Origin: Pachysolen tannophilus NRRL Y-2460
Lineage: Eukaryota
Direction of reading: 5' to 3'
Assembly (NCBI GenBank): GCA_001661245.1
Contig: KV454012.1
Location: 2,034,418 to 2,098,417, forward strand
Length of the DNA stretch: 64,000 bases
Both the position numbers and the translations under genes were made by a program. Positions 52,826 to 62,118 of the stretch are shown here, piece by piece. The stretch's first letter is position 1. Every line of letters begins with the position of its first letter. Under the pieces are notes generated by a model. That model searched no databases and had not been told where the DNA came from. It saw nothing but the letters and a program-made list of their open reading frames with translations.

Positions 52826-53227
52826 TTACAAGTTTGGTAACAATCTTCTTAATCTACTTTTCTGATTTCCATGTCCTTTACCAGTTGCTTCTTTAGTACC
52901 TGTTAAATCATTCAAAACACGATTTGACCAAGAAGCATTACCATGCTTTCTTCCTGAAATACCCTATAAGTTAAAAAAAAAAAAAAAAAAAAATGAAAAA
53001 AAGAAACCAATTAGTATCAAAGTCCATTTAGTGGAAACTTAATAAAACTTGAATTATAAACGTACTCTTTTATAACCTGTACTTGTCTTTCTCCATCTTT
53101 TATAGGTTGCTCTATGAGTTTTAAGTAAATTTCTTGTAATCAATAAAGTTGGTGATGAAAACGACAAAGTCGAACACGATAAGTTATTGGTAATATTTGT
53201 TATTGGACGAAAGAGCGATTGCAACAT
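52826..53227 (-). CDS. MRP35: Mitochondrial ribosomal protein bL35m (YNL122C ortholog), 99 aa, one intron; absent from ORF track
   Basis: Exon 1 53227-53066 (presequence + RNLLKTHRATYKRWRKTSTGYKR), intron 53065-52964 (GTACGT..TACTAAT..TAG), exon 2 52963-52826 (GISGRKHGNASWS..RLRRLLPNL). Convergent with NMA111, as in S. cerevisiae. Confidence 0.9.
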
Positions 53228-53518
53228 TTTTATTGAATCTTTTTAAACCTGATATCAATATACAAAAGTTTTAAACAAATGAATTATATATACTCATAAT
53301 TATATATATATTTTCGTCAACAATTTTGAAAATTTTATTAAAAGAAATAAAATACACTGGTAGTGTGCTGAAAAGTCAAATATACATAGTACTTACTATT
53401 AAGTGATTAATTATATATAAATCAAGAAGAAAGGTTTATTCATTATGATCTATTGATCTATTCTATATAAGTGAGTGAGTGAGTAAGTGTTATTCATATT
53501 TTAAGCTTGATAGGGTTT

Positions 53519-54246
53519 CTATTCTTCATCACTTGAAGAATACTGGGTCAATATTTGTTGTTTTATGCCATTTGGATCCAGTGATTCTGATGGCTCTTTT
53601 GATTCCTGAGTCTGATCTTTATCCTGATCATGAAGTTTTAAATTATTTCCTGATTCATTATTATCTTTATTATTTTCAATTTTTCGTATTATTTTTGGGC
53701 CATGTACAAAATTTGATTTTTTTTTACTTGGAATTATTATTCTCCTTTTCGATATTATTGTATCTTCTTGTTTTAAATCTTCAGAATCAGGAGATAGTGA
53801 TTCAGTTCTTTTACGTTTTGGATCATTCTTTGCCTTCCATCTTTAAATAAAATTTAAAAATTTTTCAAGTTAGTAAATATGTTTTATTTTTATATATAAG
53901 TGTGTAATTATATGTTAACTTACTGTCTAAATTCTGATAAACTTTCTTCTTCTTTTGCTTTTATATTTAATTCTTTTGCTTCTTCTTTATTTCTTAATTC
54001 TTGATAATATTCCAAATCTTTTTCACTTAATTTATGAGCTGAATTTTGTTTTTCTGATTGTTGTTGATAAAGTATAGCTCTTTTAACTCTATTTTCATAT
54101 AATTGTTGTTGTAAAGATTTCCTATATCTATGAAATACTTTATTTCCAGATTTTGGTTGTTGCTCAATTTCAGCTTCTGGTTCTTGTTGTACTTTCAACT
54201 CTTCATCATTGATTGTATTTGTACCTTCCAGAACAAACTTATCCAT
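53519..54246 (-). CDS. FYV6: Fyv6 / FAM192A (NIP30)-family splicing factor, 214 aa, one intron
   Basis: Exon 1 54246-53924 (FVLEG, KSLQQQLYENR, LSEKDLEYY, EESLSEFRQ), intron 53923-53841 (GTAAGT..TACTAAC..AAG), exon 2 53840-53519 open to YSSSDEE*. Confidence 0.8.
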
Positions 54247-55124
54247 TAAGAATAGTGAAATTTACAAAAATTGGTAGTATTAATTATGTTTTAAAATTTA
54301 ATTTAAATTCACTAATAAAATAATAAAATAAACATTTTTTTTTTAGTTATAAAAATAATTTTAATTTTTTATTTTTATTTTTTTAAAGATAAAGAGTGAA
54401 CATTATTATTATGTCTTGATCTTAACAATACACATCAATTATTGTAATGAATTATTTTCTTGATTTAAGATGATCAAAATATTATCAATTTATTAATAAC
54501 ATCTCAATACAGTTTCTAGGCTTACTATAGAGGTTTCCCAACAAGTCTTAAGATTCTTTAGCCTTAGCCTTAGCATTTAGTTTAAGTTTAAGATTTATTT
54601 ACTTATATTATAATTACGTAACTTTTTTTAAATAAAATACTTTTAAACAAATAATCATAGCCTATTTTGATTAACAACTATTAATCAAAATTTTCTTTTT
54701 CTTTTTTTTACATTTTACTTCAATACTAAATGATTCTAGTCCCTTTTTCTTCTTATTCTTTTAAACTTTTAATTATGTTTAGTTGGGCTATTTTAAAGAA
54801 ATGATTTTATTTATTTTACATCAAGTAACTTATTATGGTAAACTTGTTCTGAAAAAAAAAAAAAAACATAAAAAAATATGATATTTTAAGCGAATATGCA
54901 AGTTATAACTGCGAACGAATGTTCGAGAAATATTCTGAAAATAATTAACCAGCCTTCCGTATCCGATATCATCAAATGAGTACACAAACACACGACTATT
55001 TTAAATATAATATTTAATTAGAAAAAAATAAAAAAAAAAAGGTCATTCAAATTTAATTACGTAAAAAAAATAAAAAAAATAAAAAAAAATCTTATTCCTA
55101 TGCAGTCCCTTTTTTTTTTTTTTT

Positions 55125-55587
55125 NNNNNNNNNNNNNNNNNNNNNNNNNNNNNNNNNNNNNNNNNNNNNNNNNNNNNNNNNNNNNNNNNNNNNNNNNNNN
55201 NNNNNNNNNNNNNNNNNNNNNNNNNNNNNNNNNNNNNNNNNNNNNNNNNNNNNNNNNNNNNNNNNNNNNNNNNNNNNNNNNNNNNNNNNNNNNNNNNNNN
55301 NNNNNNNNNNNNNNNNNNNNNNNNNNNNNNNNNNNNNNNNNNNNNNNNNNNNNNNNNNNNNNNNNNNNNNNNNNNNNNNNNNNNNNNNNNNNNNNNNNNN
55401 NNNNNNNNNNNNNNNNNNNNNNNNNNNNNNNNNNNNNNNNNNNNNNNNNNNNNNNNNNNNNNNNNNNNNNNNNNNNNNNNNNNNNNNNNNNNNNNNNNNN
55501 NNNNNNNNNNNNNNNNNNNNNNNNNNNNNNNNNNNNNNNNNNNNNNNNNNNNNNNNNNNNNNNNNNNNNNNNNNNNNNNNNNNNNNN
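55125..55587. other. Assembly gap (N run) with poly-T tracts on both sides
   Basis: Run of N characters. Confidence 1.
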
Positions 55588-56802
55588 TTGGTCTTACCTT
55601 GCCTTCTTTTTTTTTTTTTTTTTTTTTTTTAACCGCCAACCCACGAGGGGCAGCGCCGTACCACAGGTAAAATTATTCCACAGGTAAAATTATTACAACG
55701 TGGATAACTAAAATTTAAAGAGTTTATGATTTCAAATTTACAAGATCAAAAATAGTATTTTGTTGTATTTTATACCAGGCTTTCTCGTTGGATATACTTC
55801 TTATTGTCGCACGGGTCTTTCTAATGCCTTTTTTTCTAATTGAAACCTACTCTCATTAATAATCATTAATATAGGCTCCTAAACCTCGTGGAGAAAACAT
55901 TACATTTATCTTAATTTATTATTAATGTATTATGTATGATCTGAGCAAAAAAAAAAAAAAAAATCCTACAATAATACAGTTTGTTGTTGTTGTGGTAGTA
56001 GTAGTGGTCTAGAAGAAGATTTCAATATATCGGACGAAAACAAATAAAAAATTAAAACAATTATGACTCCATACTTTTTTTTTTTTTTTTTACACACACT
56101 CACTACATCGGACTTAAAAAAGAATGATACCATAAATTTACATAATTTTACAATCGATCGATCGATACATCCATCCATCACAACAAGAGGGAAAAATAGC
56201 AACCCTAGCATAATTAATTACTGTGACTCAAACAGCAAAAAAGAAGAAAAAATTTTTCTTAATTTTCTTAATTTTTTAAAACACACGTAATTTTTACACA
56301 CTTTAAACGCGAGAAAAAAAATAAAAAAAAATTTTTTTTCTCTCTTTTTCTTTCTTTATCTTTTCCATCTATTAATTTTAATGCTCATTTCGGTATTAAG
56401 CAGCCCTCACATTGTATTTTTATATATTATTAGGTAAACAAAAGATTTTAAAAATTTTCTATGCACGTGTAATTTTCTAATACCGAAAAAATGAGTAATT
56501 CAGAATCAGAACTTTTTGTATATTTAAAATATATAAACCTAACTTTATTCCAATTCAAATTATCATTTTATAATTTATATATTATTCATTAAAATATTTT
56601 GAATATAAGATATTTGTTATTTTTTATTTTCATAAATAAATAAAATAAAAACCAAGAAAAAGAAAAATCAAAGAGAACTCTTTCATTTCATATATCATAG
56701 AGTTTATATATATATATATATTGAAAATTAATTACTGAAAAAAAAAAAAATTTTTTTTAAAATTAAAATTATTTGGAAATAAGTTTATTTTAAAATTTCA
56801 AG

Positions 56803-57276
56803 ATGCCAGCATTTAACGATTATTGTATTGTTTGTGACAAATTATGTCTTCAAAATTCTGTTTACTGTTCAGACTCGTGTAGATTACACGATCAAACAAG
56901 TTCAAATACTTCTCCTATGTTGAGTGCTAAGAATCCATATTGTTATACATCACCTTTATTAAAAGGACGGGAAGAAGTTGAAAATGAAAATAATAATGGT
57001 ATGCATTTGTTGCATTATGACTCTCCAATATTGCCAACATCACATGGAAGTAATTGTGAATTGGATAACGATTACCTAACATTATCATATGGAAGTGGGA
57101 ATACTACTAATACCAATAGCAATAAAAAAAATACAAATACAACATCAACATCAACAGCACGTAATTATTTACTCCATAATACAAAATCAGATTTGATAAG
57201 TGATTATTTGTCATCTACATCGCTTAATTATAAAAAATGGTTGAATTCAACAGCGACAATAGAGAGATTGGTATAA
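56803..57276 (+). CDS. ECL1: Ecl1-family extender of chronological lifespan
   Basis: N-terminal AFNDYCIVCDKLC..SVYCSDSCRLHD four-Cys motif and C-terminal NYKKWL. Confidence 0.85.
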   Translation: MPAFNDYCIVCDKLCLQNSVYCSDSCRLHDQTSSNTSPMLSAKNPYCYTSPLLKGREEVENENNNGMHLLHYDSPILPTSHGSNCELDNDYLTLSYGSGNTTNTNSNKKNTNTTSTSTARNYLLHNTKSDLISDYLSSTSLNYKKWLNSTATIERLV

Positions 57277-58535
57277 GTATGAAGACTTTAGCCAAAAATA
57301 AAAAATAAAATAAAAAAAATTTTCTTTTTTTTCTTTCTTCTGCTTTTACAATTACACACACATTACATGCATTAACTCTATGGATTTATACCTTTTACGG
57401 TTGAATTCATTTTATTTATTTTAAAAGGAACTAAAAAGTTCCCATAGGTTCAAAGTTTTATATATCTATAATAATAATAATATTTATAGTATATAATAAT
57501 AATAATATGAATTAATACCTACCTAAAAAAAAAAAAAAAAAGCAAAGCAAAATATGTAAAATTGATCTATATACTATACAAAAGAAAATAGTATCATACT
57601 ATTGTTAAATTTTAACTATTTAAATTTATAACTATTATAAGATGACTTCACGATGACTGTGGAGCCATTCTGCATAGAAAATAACTTAGAAATGTAAGAA
57701 AAATGATAATAGTAGCAAACGTTCTGAAAATTTTTTCTTAACGCAAGAACACTAATTTTATCGCGCGCACAAACGAAAACAAAAAAAAAAAAAAAAAAAA
57801 AGGGACAAAAAAATTTATTATATAAATATATAAATATATAAATATAGAATTTAGAATATATATTTATTTCGGGTGTTCTGTGCACTACTGCCCCCTGCAC
57901 TATGGATTATAAGCAGTACGGGGGCTACATAAGCACTAAAATCAGTACGTACAGGCAATAGTACCAATTATTTTTTTAAAGTCTCGAACTTGTGTCGTAT
58001 ATTTATAGGTCCAGCCCAATTTTTTTTTTTTTTTTTTTTTTTGATCTTCAGGGCTTTGCAATGCTTCTATAACAACAACAATCAATCAGTCTATATATAA
58101 ATATAAATAAAAATAAAAATATTCTTCTATTAAAGTAAAGAAAAAAGAAAAATTTTTATTTATTTCTTTTTTTTTCTCCGTGTTGGAGTTGTTTTATACC
58201 TATATCTCCATGGAAATTTTTTTGAAATACTTCTCCTAAACGCGATAAATTCTTCTCCTACTGCTTTTGTTACCGCTTTGGGAAATACAGAAATACCAAA
58301 AAATAATAGATCTCTCCGAAAACTGTTAAAAAATAGCTAAATTTAAAAAATTAGTAATTAGCGCTAACTTTTTGAAACTTGAAGCTAATTCTAAATTCAA
58401 AATAAATATTTACAAAATTAACTTATCATCGATAGCTTTAAAGTATTTTGGCGTTGTTAAGTGTATTGGGTTTGGGTTTACTAACCATTTGCTAATTCAT
58501 CCATCGTTTTTCTTTCCCTTTTTTCTTTTTTTTTT

Positions 58536-58873
58536 NNNNNNNNNNNNNNNNNNNNNNNNNNNNNNNNNNNNNNNNNNNNNNNNNNNNNNNNNNNNNNNNN
58601 NNNNNNNNNNNNNNNNNNNNNNNNNNNNNNNNNNNNNNNNNNNNNNNNNNNNNNNNNNNNNNNNNNNNNNNNNNNNNNNNNNNNNNNNNNNNNNNNNNNN
58701 NNNNNNNNNNNNNNNNNNNNNNNNNNNNNNNNNNNNNNNNNNNNNNNNNNNNNNNNNNNNNNNNNNNNNNNNNNNNNNNNNNNNNNNNNNNNNNNNNNNN
58801 NNNNNNNNNNNNNNNNNNNNNNNNNNNNNNNNNNNNNNNNNNNNNNNNNNNNNNNNNNNNNNNNNNNNNNNNN
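58536..58873. other. Assembly gap (N run) flanked by poly-T
   Basis: Run of N characters. Confidence 1.
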
Positions 58874-58912
<39 letters not shown>

Positions 58913-59169
58913 CTTTTTTTTAATTCGTTGTGTTTATATTTTTATTCCTTTCCTAAAGATATTACAAAATATTTAAAAATACCCATATATCAGTATCAAT
59001 CATTCCTTCATTTAGGAAAAAAGCTCTACAATTGCTAGAAAACTTTCTTTGATCCAAGTCATTCGTTATCAATTTTTTTTATTTTTTTTTCTATTTCATT
59101 TTCATATTTCTTTCTTTCATTACCTTTTTTTTTTTTTGGTTTTAATTTTCTATTTTTTTAACAATAATT

Positions 59170-61752
59170 ATGGCAAATCGTATATGGGAGAAAGATCTCC
59201 CTGAACCGCCAATGCGACAACTGTGGAGCTCGCCTCCAAGTTCAAGATCTCTAACATCTTCATCATTATCAAATAATCAGCAAATTCATAAAGAACTTGT
59301 GTCTATAGAGAATGGGAATAAAATACAACTTCCCAATAATAATGAAAAACAAACGGCGGTTAACAATAACAATAACAATAACAATATCAATAATAATAAT
59401 ACATCAGTAATAGAAGAGCCAGAAAATGATTTGAATATAATCAATGAGTCATTAGAAGATGTCACTTTAGATTATAACCATGAAAAATTACAAAAAGAAT
59501 TATCGAAAAATTCAGTTATAAGTAATAATGATTATATTGTTAAAAATCTCCCTTATTTAGCTAAAGGAGGGATAAATATAAATAGTCAAAACTCTATGGG
59601 TAACAATAAGCTTGTCACTAATTGGACTCTGCAAAGAACAAGAAATAATAATATTACAACAAATAATTCTAATAACAAAAATAAATGTTTAAGATCACGT
59701 CATTCAGTACCTTCATTATATAGTCTTAAGGCTACTTCAAGTATGTCATTATTACCTAATTCTAGCAATAGAAATTTGGTTCCATCATCATCATCTTCAT
59801 CATCATTGGATCTCAATACGCATCGTCTAACAGGGTTAACTGGTTTAACTGATTTGAAACTTTATAAAAATAATAATAATAGTGATAGCACTATTTCTGC
59901 TTCCACTCAAAGACCTACAAGTTCTCCTCAATCAACAGTGGTGGTTCCATTACAAAGATTAACTCCATCTCAACGCTTACGTTTAAGAAGAAAACAAATG
60001 AGTCTGAATATAGAATCCACTATAAGACGCGATTTGGAAATAACAAATTCAACAAATGCTAGTTGTCAGACTAATGATTCACCAAAATTGGCTTTAACAC
60101 AGCAAAAACAAAATAATACAAGTGTTGATGTGGATCTTCTTTCAGATGATGATTTACCAGATGATTTGATAGTTTTCAATGTTCCATTATCAAAATCTTT
60201 AAAAGGATTATCAAGAAAGGAAAGATTTATCATGAACCAACCGTTAATGACTCAAGTCATGTTCCTGCTGCCTCCTCCATTATCTGCACCAAATAAAGAA
60301 TATGGTACAGCATTACGTACAAGCTCTTTAACAGATTCAAATAGATCTTCAATCTTTAGCTATAATAGTGTGATGACAAATAAAACTGATTCAACAATAG
60401 CAGATGAAATTATGTTCTCTGATGAAGCTAATAAATTGACAATTGAATTTAACCAAAACTTAGAAATTTTGTCTAATGAAGAATCTTTTCAAAGAAAAAA
60501 TTATTTGAAAAAATTATTACAACAGAATGATATCAATAGAGACTCAATGAGTAGTTCGTCATCCTCTTTTGTTATTTCTCAAGAAACTTCGAATCATATT
60601 TCAAATACAAGACCATTCTATTTACCACCAAAAGATTATTATGAATCGTTGAAACATTCAAAAGATTATGAGTTTATCTTAAATAATGCAATAAAGAAAG
60701 AAACAAAATTTGAATCCGAAAATTCAGAAAAATTGAAACTTTCAAATCAGCAGAAACAAAAAGATTTAATAGAATGGGAATCCCAAATTTTACCAGATTT
60801 TGATAATAAAATACAACTTCCTTCTACTAGGGAACTTTGGTGGAGAGGTATACCTTTCAAGCTTAGAGCAAGACTCTGGACAAAGCAAATTGGTAACAAG
60901 TTGGATATAAGTAGGGATAAAACGCGTGTTTTATTTAAAGAAATTGATCAATTATTTAAGATAAAGCAAGATAAATTTAAAAGCTTAACTACATTCTTTA
61001 ATAAGATTCATAACGAGATATTGTTGGTCTACCCAGATTTATGTATCTTCCAGAATGGATCAACTTATAATAATTTATTCAAAATTGTCACATCGTATGT
61101 AATATACGAAAATTCCAAAGCATATGATTTATTATATTTAATTGAAAACCATAAGACTATTGAGTTGCCTCCAAGAGGTTTATTCACGTTATCAGCAACG
61201 CTATTGCGTAATATTAAATCACCATCATTAACATTTATTGCCTTGTGCAACATTCTTCATAGAAAGCTTTCTTACACTTTAGTGAATAATTTGACAAATG
61301 ATGAGTACTTGCAACTGCAAATCGTTTCATTTGATAAGATCTTGTCTCGGAAATTCAATTCACTTTATGTTCATTTTAAAATTAATAATGTTGACTCAAT
61401 TTCTTTTGTAAAAACATTGTGTTCCTACTGCTTGACAAATTTCTTACCATTGGATATTGCATCAAGGTTAATGGATATCTATATATTTGAAGGGGATCAC
61501 TTTTTGTTAAGGTGTATTTTAGGATTATTTGAAAAGATCAATTATAAGTTATTTGGAAATTTTGATGAGATTATGAGTGTATTGGGTGATGATTGTTTGG
61601 TAAACTTAAATCGAGATTTAATCTCTGGTAATAAGGAAAATGGAACAAAAGGAGATTTCAAAAGTAATGAGTTGATATTTGGATATAGGTATTTGGATTT
61701 AGGTTATGAGGATGATTTTATCAAATGCATAAGAGACGTCTTACGTAATTGA
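59170..61752 (+). CDS. SBE2: Sbe2/Sbe22-like protein with degenerate Rab-GAP TBC domain
   Basis: LTPSQRLRLRR, DDLIVFNVPL and TRPFYLPPKD..EF motifs; TBC-like RELWWRGIPFKLRARLW and RLMDIYIFEGDHFLLR. Confidence 0.7.
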   Translation: MANRIWEKDLPEPPMRQLWSSPPSSRSLTSSSLSNNQQIHKELVSIENGNKIQLPNNNEKQTAVNNNNNNNNINNNNTSVIEEPENDLNIINESLEDVTLDYNHEKLQKELSKNSVISNNDYIVKNLPYLAKGGININSQNSMGNNKLVTNWTLQRTRNNNITTNNSNNKNKCLRSRHSVPSLYSLKATSSMSLLPNSSNRNLVPSSSSSSSLDLNTHRLTGLTGLTDLKLYKNNNNSDSTISASTQRPTSSPQSTVVVPLQRLTPSQRLRLRRKQMSLNIESTIRRDLEITNSTNASCQTNDSPKLALTQQKQNNTSVDVDLLSDDDLPDDLIVFNVPLSKSLKGLSRKERFIMNQPLMTQVMFLLPPPLSAPNKEYGTALRTSSLTDSNRSSIFSYNSVMTNKTDSTIADEIMFSDEANKLTIEFNQNLEILSNEESFQRKNYLKKLLQQNDINRDSMSSSSSSFVISQETSNHISNTRPFYLPPKDYYESLKHSKDYEFILNNAIKKETKFESENSEKLKLSNQQKQKDLIEWESQILPDFDNKIQLPSTRELWWRGIPFKLRARLWTKQIGNKLDISRDKTRVLFKEIDQLFKIKQDKFKSLTTFFNKIHNEILLVYPDLCIFQNGSTYNNLFKIVTSYVIYENSKAYDLLYLIENHKTIELPPRGLFTLSATLLRNIKSPSLTFIALCNILHRKLSYTLVNNLTNDEYLQLQIVSFDKILSRKFNSLYVHFKINNVDSISFVKTLCSYCLTNFLPLDIASRLMDIYIFEGDHFLLRCILGLFEKINYKLFGNFDEIMSVLGDDCLVNLNRDLISGNKENGTKGDFKSNELIFGYRYLDLGYEDDFIKCIRDVLRN

Positions 61753-62118
61753 TAAACCACTGAATAAGGTTTAACACGGTGAAATTTATACAACCTCCAT
61801 TTTTTTTTAAAAATTATGTATTATTTAATTTTTCTACAACTGATAGATATATATACCACTTAAACTAAAAGCACTGACATATATTTGTTTTTGAACTTAT
61901 AAAGGTAACACATAGACGTAAGATTTTTTTTTTTTTACCTTCGAGAAGCGGTACGTAAATTAACAAAATTAAGTATTGAATCTAAATAACAACGAAGCCT
62001 TAAAAGTTTTTCATCTTTTTTCAGCAACTACATAAGACATTTCAAAATGGACATAAATATTTTTTCAAATAAAGCGAACGCTCTTACCCTGAAATTTGTT
62101 TAATTCCTTTTTTTTTTT

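Noticed and set aside
55043..58923. ORFs spanning N runs
   Set aside because: Artefacts of assembly gaps.
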